The notes under the pieces are model-generated. The model had not been told where the DNA came from. It searched no databases and was given only the letters and a program-made list of their open reading frames with translations. A stretch of DNA of 64,000 bases from Bdellovibrionales bacterium (GTDB lineage: Bacteria > Bdellovibrionota > Bdellovibrionia > Bdellovibrionales > UBA1609), in contig CBDBIB010000003.1 in NCBI GenBank assembly GCA_965205945.1, forward strand, positions 736,394 to 800,393, in the 5' to 3' direction. A program made the translations under genes and the position numbers. Positions 50,386 through 60,610 of the stretch are shown here, one piece after another. The first letter of the stretch is position 1. Each line of letters begins with the position of its first letter.

Positions 50386-51174
50386 CTAGGCTTTTTTTAA
50401 AAGTTCATTAGTGACTTGACAAAACCCATCACCACCATTAAGTGTAGTGATCCATGTGGGCTTGAATTTTAATTTAGGTATAAATTTTTTAATATTTGCC
50501 ACTCCAATGGAGTATTTAAACTGCTTAAAGTTAGGCTCATCGTTTGGACTGTCTCCTATAAAAAGTGCATGTAGACAAACTTTATTAAAATTAAGATCTA
50601 GTTCTTTTAAACAAAATTCTTTGATCATTGAAAATTTGTCATAATCACCAAACCAACCATTAATATGAATAGAACTCACCCTAGCACTGGAGCCATGTTT
50701 TTTATAAATAGAGATAATTTTTTTTATTTCACTTTTACTTAAAGGAGAAACATCTTCACAAAAATCTACTGCAAGATCCATAAGTCGAGAAAATTGATCA
50801 GATGCAATGGCGGCATTAGGAATCAATTTAAGAACCTCATCTTTGATATTATTAAGTTTTTGCCTATTTTTAAGTCTATCCTCTTGAGTATTAAAGAAAT
50901 AACGAATCATTTTCTTATTTTTGTAGCTAAAGTAAAAGCCTCCATTTTCACCAATAACACCATGAACAGGCCAAAATCTAGCAATCATCTCACACCATCC
51001 AGCAGGTCTTCCTGTGACTGGAATAATCTTAAAGCCATTATCATAAAGCCTCCATAAAGCATCATAAGCATTGCTTTTAAGTCTGCCATGACTTGTAAGG
51101 GTGTCATCAATATCCGTGAAGATGTATTTGATTTTTAAATTAGATAAATTTGCTGAAAATAATGGCTTAGACAT
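50386..51174 (-). CDS. HAD-IIB family hydrolase
   Basis: TDIDDTLT, VTGRP, GDSPND. Confidence 0.9.
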   Translation of the reverse strand: MSKPLFSANLSNLKIKYIFTDIDDTLTSHGRLKSNAYDALWRLYDNGFKIIPVTGRPAGWCEMIARFWPVHGVIGENGGFYFSYKNKKMIRYFFNTQEDRLKNRQKLNNIKDEVLKLIPNAAIASDQFSRLMDLAVDFCEDVSPLSKSEIKKIISIYKKHGSSARVSSIHINGWFGDYDKFSMIKEFCLKELDLNFNKVCLHALFIGDSPNDEPNFKQFKYSIGVANIKKFIPKLKFKPTWITTLNGGDGFCQVTNELLKKA

Positions 51175-51275
51175 TGGTGCTCCATATCTTTATAATGTTT
51201 AAAGAAAGTGGCTATAAAGCCATTACTATAAAGTGCTTATACTATTAAGTAGTTATAAATTAACAAGAGGATTGC

Positions 51276-53900
51276 ATGGCATCAAAATCTGTACAGGGTA
51301 AAAAATTGGTAATAGTAGAGTCTCCTACAAAAGCTCGTACTATTCGTAAGTTTTTAGGGTCAGACTTTATTGTAGAGTCTTGTATGGGACATATTAGGGA
51401 TTTGCCAAAATCTGCTAAAGAAATTCCTGAAAAATATAAGAAAGAAAAATGGGCAAGGCTTGGTGTAGATGTTAAAGGTGATTTTAAGGCTATTTATCTG
51501 GTTCCAAAAAATAAAACAAAAATTGTTACACAATTAAAAACTCTTTTAAAAGAGGCTAAGGAACTCTATCTTGCAACGGATGAAGACAGAGAGGGAGAAA
51601 GTATTAGTTGGCATTTACTTGAAGTTTTAAAACCTAAAATTCCTGTTAAACGAATGGTGTTTCATGAGATTACAGAAAAAGCTATTTTAGCAGCCTTAAA
51701 AGACACTAGAGAAATTAATTTTGATATGGTTAGGGCTCAAGAAGCTAGAAGGATTTTAGATCGTTTAGTGGGTTTTACAATATCACCTCTTTTGTGGAAA
51801 AAAGTAGCCTATGGTTTGTCTGCAGGTCGGGTACAGTCTGTTGCTGTAAAACTGATTTCTAGAAGAGAACATGAGCGTATGGAGTTTGTAAGAAATAAAT
51901 ATCAATCTGTAACAGCTCATGGACAAAAGAATAAAACCACTTTTCAAGCAAGGCTTTTAGAATGGGAGGGCAAAAAACTTGCTACGGGAAAAGATTTTAA
52001 AGAAAAAGCTTTAGGTTTAAAGGAGAGTAAGAAAAGTTATATTCATTTAAATAAAAAACTATCAGGTCAGGTTTTAGACGCTTTAGAGGATAAAAACTTA
52101 ACTGTTATAAGTGTTGAAGAAAAACCAATTTCAAGAAAACCATCAGCACCGTTTATTACATCAACACTTCAACAGGAAGCTAGTAGAAAGCTTTTAATGA
52201 CTTCTCGTGAAACAATGCAGGTTGCTCAAAAACTTTATGAGCAGGGTTTTATTACTTATATGAGAACAGATTCTACTTTTTTATCCGCTCAAGCAATTAA
52301 GGCGGCAAGAATGGCCATTAAGGATCTTTATGGTAAAGACTATCTTCCAGATGTTTCTCGTGACTATACTAAGAAAAAAGTTAAAGGCGCGCAAGAAGCC
52401 CATGAAGCCATTCGTCCAGCAGGAGTAGATTTTGTAAAACCTGAAGACACAAAACTTAAAGGGCTGCAGCTTTCCTTATATGATTTAATTTGGAAAAGAA
52501 CAATGGCCTCACAAATGGTAAATGCACAACAAAAGCAACTTGCTGTAAGGTTTAAGGCAGGAGATGGGCTTTTTGGAGCAAATGGTTTGTCTTTAGTTTT
52601 TCCAGGGTTTTTTAAAGCCTACGTTGAAGGTTCAGATGATCCAGATCAAGTTTTATCTGATAAAGAAGTTCATCTTCCTCAGCTTAAAAAAGATGACCAC
52701 GTTAAAGTAAATAAATTTGTGGACAACAGCCATGAAACAAAACCCCCATCAAGATATACAGAGCCAAGTTTAATTCAGATACTTGAAAAAGAAGGGGTCG
52801 GACGACCCTCTACTTATGCTTCAATCGTTGGAACAATTCAAGACAGAGGTTATGTGAATAAAGTTGGAAATTCATTGCAACCAACATTTACGGCCTTAAT
52901 TGTAACAAAACTGTTAGAGAATTACCTGCCTAACTATGTAGATTTAGGGTTTACATCAAATATGGAGGACTCTTTAGATGGTGTTGCTGAAGGGGAAAAG
53001 GTTTGGACGGATTATTTAAGAGAAGTTTATTTAGGAGAGAGTGGGTTAAAAGCATCAGTTGATAAAAAAGAAGAAGAAATTGATATAGAGACCTCAAGAA
53101 GTATTCAGATTGTAGGCCTTAAGGGACTTAATTTTAAAGTCGGTAGATATGGCGCTTATGTATGTAAGAACGTAGATGGAACAGAAGTGTGTGCTTCCCT
53201 TCCTGAAGATCATGCTCCGGCTGATATGAATCTTGAGTATGTTGATAAGGCTATTGATCGAAAAATTAATGGAGTGGATGCTTTAGGGGTAGATCCTGAA
53301 ACAAACCTTTCAGTGTATATTTTAACAGGGCGTTATGGACCCTATGTACAGCTAGGGGATAGTAAGGGTGAAAAAGAAAAACCAAAGCGATCTTCAATAC
53401 CTCCAACAATGAACCCTGATGAAATCACTATTAAGCAAGCGTTAGAACTTTTATCTTTACCAAAAACTTTAGGGACTCATCCAGATACAGGTATTCAGAT
53501 TAAAGCAGGTCTTGGAAGGTTTGGTCCTTTTATAGTCTATGAAAAAGACTTTAGATCTATTCCAAAAGACATGGACTTATTTACAATTACTTTAGAGCAA
53601 GCCTTAGAGCTTTTGGCCCGTTTAAAAGGTAGCCGTGGTAGAGCCGCACCCATTAAAATTTTAGGAAAGCATCCAACTTTAGATGAAGAGATTAGTGTAT
53701 ATAATGGTAAATTTGGACCATATTTAAAATGTGGTAAAATCAATGCCTCTTTCCATGAGAATATGGAGATTGAAAAGGTTACATTAAAGCAAGCTTTACA
53801 ATTTTTAAACCCTAAAATTAAAGAAGCTAAAGTAAAAAAGAAAGCGACTAAGAAGGCTACTGTGAAGAAAAAAATAATTACTAGAAAGAAAAAAAATTAA
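51276..53900 (+). CDS. topA: DNA topoisomerase I with C-terminal GR(Y/F)GP repeats and Lys-rich tail
   Basis: IVESPTKA, DEDREGE, SAGRVQS, ITYMRTDS. Confidence 0.97.
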   Translation: MASKSVQGKKLVIVESPTKARTIRKFLGSDFIVESCMGHIRDLPKSAKEIPEKYKKEKWARLGVDVKGDFKAIYLVPKNKTKIVTQLKTLLKEAKELYLATDEDREGESISWHLLEVLKPKIPVKRMVFHEITEKAILAALKDTREINFDMVRAQEARRILDRLVGFTISPLLWKKVAYGLSAGRVQSVAVKLISRREHERMEFVRNKYQSVTAHGQKNKTTFQARLLEWEGKKLATGKDFKEKALGLKESKKSYIHLNKKLSGQVLDALEDKNLTVISVEEKPISRKPSAPFITSTLQQEASRKLLMTSRETMQVAQKLYEQGFITYMRTDSTFLSAQAIKAARMAIKDLYGKDYLPDVSRDYTKKKVKGAQEAHEAIRPAGVDFVKPEDTKLKGLQLSLYDLIWKRTMASQMVNAQQKQLAVRFKAGDGLFGANGLSLVFPGFFKAYVEGSDDPDQVLSDKEVHLPQLKKDDHVKVNKFVDNSHETKPPSRYTEPSLIQILEKEGVGRPSTYASIVGTIQDRGYVNKVGNSLQPTFTALIVTKLLENYLPNYVDLGFTSNMEDSLDGVAEGEKVWTDYLREVYLGESGLKASVDKKEEEIDIETSRSIQIVGLKGLNFKVGRYGAYVCKNVDGTEVCASLPEDHAPADMNLEYVDKAIDRKINGVDALGVDPETNLSVYILTGRYGPYVQLGDSKGEKEKPKRSSIPPTMNPDEITIKQALELLSLPKTLGTHPDTGIQIKAGLGRFGPFIVYEKDFRSIPKDMDLFTITLEQALELLARLKGSRGRAAPIKILGKHPTLDEEISVYNGKFGPYLKCGKINASFHENMEIEKVTLKQALQFLNPKIKEAKVKKKATKKATVKKKIITRKKKN

Positions 53901-54130
53901 TGCTATTTAAAATTTTTTATTAACAGTCTCATAGTCAAGTGTATAGAGAAAGAGTCGTAAGTTTTTAAGACTATTCTTGATAGTAGTTTATTCTTGCTAA
54001 AGATAACAAAGTATTTTGTATGAAAAAGTTAATCTAGAATAGATTTGTTTATTCCTTAGTTTTATAGAATTAAATAGTTTAACTTAGAATGTTTCATATG
54101 TAATAACGCTAGTAAAAAGTATTAATTTTT

Positions 54131-54982
54131 TTAGGAAAATTCATAAAAATCCATTAATTGGATTATATTAGCATGAGGCACTGAGTGTGTAATAGAGTCA
54201 ACACTAATGTAATCAACTCCCATAATAGCAACAGATTCAACCCGATTAAGTGTCATGTTTTTACAGGCTTCAACTTGAATACTTTTTCCAGTTTTTTGGA
54301 TAAGATTTAAAGCTTTAGATATTTCTTCGTTTGAAAAATTGTTAAGTATAATTCTGTGAGCATTGGTTTTTATAATAAGTTCAACATGACTTAGATTTAA
54401 AGCCTCAACAGTGAGGTGAAGGTCAGGATTCTTTTTTAGACAGTTTTTAATAGCTTTTTTAAAATTAAATTCATAAAGGTTTAAGTGATTTTCTTTTAAC
54501 ATCATAGAGCTAGAAAGGTTACTTTTATGATTTAAACCCCCTCCATCACGAACAGCTTTTTTTTCTAAGCTGTGATAAAAAGGGGTTGTTTTTGGAGTGT
54601 CTAGGATACGACATTTAGTTTTTCTAACTTTTTGACTAAAACGCCAGGTTTGTGTAGCTATGCCGCTAAGATGTCCAATCCAGTTTAAAAGAGGTCTTTC
54701 CACAAGTAGGAGAGATTTCCAGGGGCCTTCAAGTAAGGCAATGCATTGCTCTTTATAAACTATGTCACCATCTTTAAAAAAACTAGTAATGCAAAGGTTT
54801 AATTCTTTAGGAATAGAGTTTAATATAAACTCACTTCCAGAAATACAAAGATCCTCTTTAGCTAGAATTCTTGCTGTTTTTATGTATTTAGGAAGATTTA
54901 ATGAATCTGAAGTCTTATCTCCAAAGGGAGCATCTTTTTTTAAAAACTCTGTCCAAAACCCCTTAGAAAGAGAGTCTATCAT
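54131..54982 (-). CDS. nadC: Quinolinate phosphoribosyltransferase homolog with degenerate active-site motifs
   Basis: HLSGIAT, LDTPKTTP, GGG.NH, LKENH, GVDYISV. Confidence 0.75.
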   Translation of the reverse strand: MIDSLSKGFWTEFLKKDAPFGDKTSDSLNLPKYIKTARILAKEDLCISGSEFILNSIPKELNLCITSFFKDGDIVYKEQCIALLEGPWKSLLLVERPLLNWIGHLSGIATQTWRFSQKVRKTKCRILDTPKTTPFYHSLEKKAVRDGGGLNHKSNLSSSMMLKENHLNLYEFNFKKAIKNCLKKNPDLHLTVEALNLSHVELIIKTNAHRIILNNFSNEEISKALNLIQKTGKSIQVEACKNMTLNRVESVAIMGVDYISVDSITHSVPHANIIQLMDFYEFS

Positions 54983-56001
54983 CTAAGATTATCTTCATAT
55001 TTGATTTCACCTGTAAGGCGTTGAATTTCTTTTTGGATCATTTCTTTTGCTAATTCAGGAACGACATCCCAAACAATGCTTTCAATAATATCATTGCTTT
55101 GAGCAAGAATAAGTCTTTTAAGCTCTTCTTTAGAAAGTTCAGAGGTAATGTTGGGTGTGGTTTGAGTGGTGTCTTTATCTTTAAGTTTTAAAGGTTGGGT
55201 TTGAGGCTTTACTGGGTTGTAGCTTTTTTTAAGTATTGGAGAAGGGTTTGGGGCTGAGTCTTTAGGTGCTTTAGGCAAGTTTTCTTTTAAAGATTCAAAA
55301 GGAAGGTTGTTATCATCAAAAGAATGTAGAGAAAAAGAGTCTACATCATCTAGGCCTTCAGGGGCGTTAAGTGTTGAAGAATCTGTGTCCCCTTCTTTTT
55401 TTAAAATACTTTCAAAATCTGGAATGGGGGGAAGGTTGTTATTATCATCAAGATTTAAATCTTGTAATGGCTGAGGATTAGATTTTTTAATAAAAGAGTT
55501 ATTTAAATTATCAGCTTTTAAAGGAGAAGTATTTTCATTACTTTTAATATTTTTAGGATTTAAGGGGCTTTCTTCATTATTAATTTTAAGGGGAGTATCA
55601 ATAATTAAATGATCACTTAATTCATTTTGATTTAGTTTTAAAACAAGTTTTTTTACAATAGCTCTAAGGGTATTAGTTTCAAAAGGTTTTTCAATACTTT
55701 CATCAGCCTTACAGGATTTAAATTTTGCTTGATTAAGCTCCATAAATCCACTCCACATGAGCACAACAGGGGTTTGACTAGAAGCCTTATCTGCCTTTAA
55801 CTTTTGGCAAGCATCATAGCCATTTAATTTTGGAAGTAAAACATCCATAAAACAAATGTCAGGTTGAAAGGTCTGGTAGATTTCTTGTAAATCAACGCTT
55901 TGATGGACTGTTTGAATTTGCACGTTATAATCTTGTAGTGCAATGGAGAAGGCTTTTTTTATAGAGGGGCTTTCATCTGCTAGAAGAACTCGTAAAGACA
56001 T
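54979..56001 (-). CDS. romR: RomR-like response regulator
   Basis: Receiver domain, Pro/Asn-rich linker, IESIVWDVVPELAKEMIQKEIQRL C-terminal motif. Confidence 0.75.
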   Translation of the reverse strand: MSLRVLLADESPSIKKAFSIALQDYNVQIQTVHQSVDLQEIYQTFQPDICFMDVLLPKLNGYDACQKLKADKASSQTPVVLMWSGFMELNQAKFKSCKADESIEKPFETNTLRAIVKKLVLKLNQNELSDHLIIDTPLKINNEESPLNPKNIKSNENTSPLKADNLNNSFIKKSNPQPLQDLNLDDNNNLPPIPDFESILKKEGDTDSSTLNAPEGLDDVDSFSLHSFDDNNLPFESLKENLPKAPKDSAPNPSPILKKSYNPVKPQTQPLKLKDKDTTQTTPNITSELSKEELKRLILAQSNDIIESIVWDVVPELAKEMIQKEIQRLTGEIKYEDNLR

Positions 56002-56134
56002 ATGTAAATTAAACGATAGGATTTTAGTAGAGTCAACGCTCTTGCTAAGCTTATTTTTTAAGCTTTTTAGGAGCTTTAAAAAAAGTCTTTAAATTAAAAT
56101 TTCTTTTAAAGTCAGAGGGTTTAGTTTTAATTAC

Positions 56135-56542
56135 TTAATCATTGCTTTTGTTATGTTTTTTTCTGTGAAGCTGTATAAATTTCTTTTTTTGAGAATCATT
56201 TAAAAGAGATCTTTTTTTAAGTAGAGTTTTAAATTTATATTTTTTAAAATTGGTATTGGCTTGAAGCATTTTTTTATGGTGGCGTTTAAGGGTGGACTCT
56301 AAAGTGTTAGATTTCATAGCTTCTTTAAAAGCTTTTTTGGTTTCTTTTTTTTCTTGAAGAAGAGATTTCATTTTATCTTTTCTAGAGGCTTGAATCTTTT
56401 TAAGTTTCTTTTGCTGTTCCTCACTAAGGTTAAGTTGCTGAAAGATTTTTTGCATTTTGTCTTTGTATTTTTGCCGTTCTTTTTTTGCAAAAGTTGGTGA
56501 CACTATGCTTAGTGATAGAAAAATAAGTAGACAATATTTCAT
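56135..56542 (-). CDS. Spy/CpxP-like periplasmic protein
   Basis: Signal peptide, LNLSEEQ and LNDSQ motifs. Confidence 0.7.
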   Translation of the reverse strand: MKYCLLIFLSLSIVSPTFAKKERQKYKDKMQKIFQQLNLSEEQQKKLKKIQASRKDKMKSLLQEKKETKKAFKEAMKSNTLESTLKRHHKKMLQANTNFKKYKFKTLLKKRSLLNDSQKKKFIQLHRKKHNKSND

Positions 56543-57055
56543 TATAGCTCCTTGCTATTAAAGTTTGTATTAATTAACTCATAAATATTTAAATAATCAT
56601 AGTTTAAAAAATAGAATTGAAACATAATATTTTAGGTGTCAAACAAAAGCCATTTAAATAAAGAATTTTATTACACTAAAAATTCTTAAAAAATAAGAGC
56701 TTTTAAATAAATTTTTTAATCTTAACTTAACCTATGTCCTACAACAGCGTTAAACTTAACTATTCTTTTAAGGGGGTAGGGTAAAAAATTAAGAAAACAC
56801 TAAAAGTATTGATAAAATTTAGAAAAAAGTAGTGTTTATGCTACTCTAAAGGGTTTAAAAGATATTTATAGAATTTTTTGTTTAAAAAGAAATTTTAATT
56901 TAAGAGGCCTATAAAGGCCTCTAAGATTAAGCAGATCATGATATTTTTAAGTTTATATGGTTTAAAGAAAGGTGTGAGAAACAGGCAAAAAATAGGGTTC
57001 TTGCCTGTTTTAAAGATTTATTGATCAAACTTATAATAGCGATTAGTTTTAGGAA

Positions 57056-58129
57056 ATGATTAAAATCTTGAATCGATATCTTTTAAAGATTTACTTAAAA
57101 TACTATATTTTTAGTCTTTTAGTTCTTACCTTCTTATTTTTGTTAATTGATGTTGTTACAGTCTTAAATAGATTTCAGGTATCAGGTAGTGTTTATTTAG
57201 AGTATTATTTCTACTATATTCCATGGATAATTTCTCAAATGATGCCAATTGCTGGAGTGCTTGCTACTGTATTTTTATTCGTAACTATTCAGAAAAACAA
57301 TGAATTGATTGGTTTTTATTCTTTAGGTATTTCTATTTACCAAGTTTTATCCCCATTAGTGGTTGTTTTATTTTTAATTTCTTTTCTGGGTTGGTTTTTT
57401 ACGGATAAAGTTATTCCAAAGGCTAATGAGCGTAGAAATTATTATTATTATGTGGAAATGAAGAAAAATCCGCTTAGTTACAACCAGTTTAAGAAAAAAA
57501 ATATATGGCTTAAAACCCAAGAGGTGATTATTAATTTTAAGCAAATGCTTTCAGAATCAGAGGTTCAAGGGGCTAAAGTTTTTTTCTATGATAGAGATAA
57601 ATGGCGACCCACTCGTATTATTGATGCTAAAAAAGTAAGGTTTGATAAAACAGCGTGGGCTTTTAAAGATGGAGTTGAAACTTTGTACGAGCCTGCTGGT
57701 GTTGTTTTAAGACCCTTTAAAGAAATTATAACAAAACCATTAGAGGATTTAGTGGGGCTTAAGAAGAGCCTGCCAAGAGTGGAATCAATGAGTCTGTCAG
57801 AGCTTTCTTACGCAATTAAAAAAGCAAAAGCTTCCTCTATGACAACAAGGCTTTTAGAGATGGAATATTATGGAAAACTTAGTTTTATATTTTCATCACT
57901 TTTTTTAAGTTTATTGGCCCTGCCTTTTTGTATAAAAGATCAAAGATCTTCAAATCTTTTTGTAGGTTTGGGGGTTACTTTAGGATTGGTCCTTCTTTAC
58001 TGGGTAGTTTATAGTCTAGCATTGAACCTTGGAAAGACGGGGGTGATGCCGGCAATGATGGCAGCATGGCTTCCAGGAGTGCTTAGTGTAGCTACTTTTT
58101 TTATTTTAATGAGGCGACAAAGATTTTAA
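57056..58129 (+). CDS. LptF/LptG family permease (LptG-like)
   Basis: ILNRYLL, NNELIGFYSLGIS, AAWLP. Confidence 0.85.
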   Translation: MIKILNRYLLKIYLKYYIFSLLVLTFLFLLIDVVTVLNRFQVSGSVYLEYYFYYIPWIISQMMPIAGVLATVFLFVTIQKNNELIGFYSLGISIYQVLSPLVVVLFLISFLGWFFTDKVIPKANERRNYYYYVEMKKNPLSYNQFKKKNIWLKTQEVIINFKQMLSESEVQGAKVFFYDRDKWRPTRIIDAKKVRFDKTAWAFKDGVETLYEPAGVVLRPFKEIITKPLEDLVGLKKSLPRVESMSLSELSYAIKKAKASSMTTRLLEMEYYGKLSFIFSSLFLSLLALPFCIKDQRSSNLFVGLGVTLGLVLLYWVVYSLALNLGKTGVMPAMMAAWLPGVLSVATFFILMRRQRF

Positions 58130-58391
58130 AGTTAATCTTATTAAGTTCATTAAAAAAACTTATTTTAGCTTAAAAGCTAGGTTTTTTATGAGAGCTTTAT
58201 TTTAAATTATGGGAAACTTTCTTTTTTTTAAGAGAGGGCTTTAATGTAGCCAAAAATATTAAGTTATGACCTAAATCTTTAACTTATTAAGGTTAGCAAA
58301 CTGCCTGTTATCTAATTAATTTGATTCTTTCAACTGATATAGGTTGACCAAATTAAAATAACGAGTCAGATTTTTTTAAAAGGAACTAGGT

Positions 58392-58967
58392 ATGGCTTTA
58401 TTAGAAGTTTTAAAATTTCCAGATTCAAGGCTAAGAAGACTTTCTAAGCCTGTTGTTAAGGTTACAGCTGAATTTAAAAAACTTGCTCAAGATATGCTTA
58501 AAACAATGAAGGAGCAAAAAGGAATTGGCCTAGCAGCTCCTCAAGTAAATAAGCTAATCCGTTTAATCCTTGTTGACACAAGATCTCAAAAAGATGGCCG
58601 ATATGAGCCTTTAGAGATGACAGATTTAGAACAAAAAATCAAACAACCTTTAAGTCTTTTTAACCCAGTGGTTACTAAATATGAAGGTGATACAACTTAT
58701 GATGAAGGCTGTCTTTCTGTTCCTGGTTATTATGAAACCGTAAAGCGCTTTAAATATATTGAGGTTGAGGCTTTAGATTTAGAAGGTAACAAAATCAAGC
58801 TTAAAGTTGATGGACTTATAGCAATTTGTATTCAACATGAAATTGATCATTTAGATGGAAAACTTTTTATTGATCGTTTAAGCCTTTTAAAATCAAATAA
58901 GATTAAGAGTAAAATTAAAAAACATGGGTATCCCCAAAAAGAAGAGACTAAAGAGGATGAAGATTAA
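58392..58967 (+). CDS. def: Peptide deformylase
   Basis: GIGLAAPQV, EGCLSVPG, QHEIDHLDG. Confidence 0.97.
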   Translation: MALLEVLKFPDSRLRRLSKPVVKVTAEFKKLAQDMLKTMKEQKGIGLAAPQVNKLIRLILVDTRSQKDGRYEPLEMTDLEQKIKQPLSLFNPVVTKYEGDTTYDEGCLSVPGYYETVKRFKYIEVEALDLEGNKIKLKVDGLIAICIQHEIDHLDGKLFIDRLSLLKSNKIKSKIKKHGYPQKEETKEDED

Positions 58968-58972
58968 AGAGA

Positions 58973-59932
58973 ATGTTGGATAGAAAATATCGTATTCTTT
59001 TTATGGGAACTCCAGAGTTTGGATGTTTAACCCTTCAAGCATTATCGATTGATCCACAAATAAAAATTGAGTTAGTGGTTAGTCAGCCGGATGCAAGGAG
59101 TGGCCGTAACATGAGGCTTACGGTTTCTCCTATTAAGCAAAAGGCTTTAGAGCTTGGATTAGAGGTGGAAACACCAAGTAAAGTTTCAACTCCTGAATTT
59201 ATAGAGAAAATTAAATCTTTAAACTTAGATGCTACTTTGGTGCTGGCCTATGGAAAACTTTTAAAACAAGATTTGTTAAATATTTTACCAGGTAAATTTG
59301 TCAACATTCACGCAAGCCTTCTTCCAAGGTGGAGAGGAGCGGCACCTATTCAAAGAGCTATAATGTCAGGAGATAAAGAAACAGGTTTATCCTTTCAAGT
59401 TATGCATTTAAAACTTGATTCAGGGCCTATAATTTTTAAAGAAAAAACTAAAATTCAGCCAGAAGAAAATTCCTTAGAACTTGCTAATAGATTGTCACTT
59501 TTATCATCAAAGCTAGTATGTGGTGTTCTTAAGGGTCATATCAATAATAAATTTAGTCTTTTAAGGCAAGATGAATTAAAAGTTACTTATGCAAAGAAAA
59601 TAGAAAAATCTGAAGGGCTGATTGATTGGACAAAAAAAGCTCAAGATTTGCATGATCATATTAGAGGACTTAAATGGGGACCAGGGGCCTATACCTATTA
59701 TCAAGGAAAAAGGCTTAAAATTTCAGATACAAAAATTAAATTAAATCAGAATTTTAAACAAGGTTATGTAGAGTCTATTCAAGAGACTGAATCTAAAGAT
59801 TTAATTTTATGGATAGGAGTTGCCCAGGGTCTTTTAGGTATTAAGGTGGTTCAACCAGAGGGTAAGTCAGCTATGAAAATAAGAGATTTTATTAGTGGTT
59901 ATGGCTTGACCAAAGGGCAAAGATTTTCTTAA
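58973..59932 (+). CDS. fmt: Methionyl-tRNA formyltransferase
   Basis: FMGTPEF, NIHASLLPRWRGAAPIQ. Confidence 0.97.
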   Translation: MLDRKYRILFMGTPEFGCLTLQALSIDPQIKIELVVSQPDARSGRNMRLTVSPIKQKALELGLEVETPSKVSTPEFIEKIKSLNLDATLVLAYGKLLKQDLLNILPGKFVNIHASLLPRWRGAAPIQRAIMSGDKETGLSFQVMHLKLDSGPIIFKEKTKIQPEENSLELANRLSLLSSKLVCGVLKGHINNKFSLLRQDELKVTYAKKIEKSEGLIDWTKKAQDLHDHIRGLKWGPGAYTYYQGKRLKISDTKIKLNQNFKQGYVESIQETESKDLILWIGVAQGLLGIKVVQPEGKSAMKIRDFISGYGLTKGQRFS

Positions 59933-59941
59933 GTCCTTTAT

Positions 59942-60610
59942 ATGAAAGAGAAACATAATAAAGAGGTCTTTTTAGTAGCGCCTAGTATGCTTTCTTGTGA
60001 TTTTTCAAATATTAAACAAGAACTACAGGCAGTCGATGCTGCTGGAGCTGATATGATTCATTGGGATGTGATGGATGGACATTTTGTTCCAAATATTACG
60101 TTCGGAGCTCCTGTAATAGCAAAAACAAGAAAAGTTTCAAAGAATATTTTTGACGTGCACTTAATGATTGATAATCCAGAAAAATATTTAAAAAATTTTA
60201 TAGATGCTGGAGCTGATTCAATTACAGTACATATTGAATCTACAAAAAAAATTAAAGAGTGTTTTCAGATTTTAGATAAAGCAGGAGTTCAAAAAGGAAT
60301 TACTTTAAAACCGAAAACAGACTTGTTAATTATTGAGCCTTATTTATCTAGAGTTGATATGGTCTTAGTAATGACTGTTGAGCCAGGTTTTGGTGGTCAA
60401 AGTTTTATGAAAGATCAGATTAAAAAAGTTAATAGGCTTTATGATTTAAGACTAAAGAGCAATTATAAATATAAAATACAAATTGATGGAGGGATTAATG
60501 ATAAAACAGCCCTTTTAGTTAAGAATGCTGATGTATTGGTTACAGGGAGTTTTGTTTTTAAAAATAATTATGTTAAAGCAATAGGAAAATTAAAGAATGC
60601 AAAAAAATGA
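59942..60610 (+). CDS. rpe: Ribulose-phosphate 3-epimerase
   Basis: HWDVMDGHFVPN, MTVEPGFGGQ, IDGGI. Confidence 0.97.
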   Translation: MKEKHNKEVFLVAPSMLSCDFSNIKQELQAVDAAGADMIHWDVMDGHFVPNITFGAPVIAKTRKVSKNIFDVHLMIDNPEKYLKNFIDAGADSITVHIESTKKIKECFQILDKAGVQKGITLKPKTDLLIIEPYLSRVDMVLVMTVEPGFGGQSFMKDQIKKVNRLYDLRLKSNYKYKIQIDGGINDKTALLVKNADVLVTGSFVFKNNYVKAIGKLKNAKK

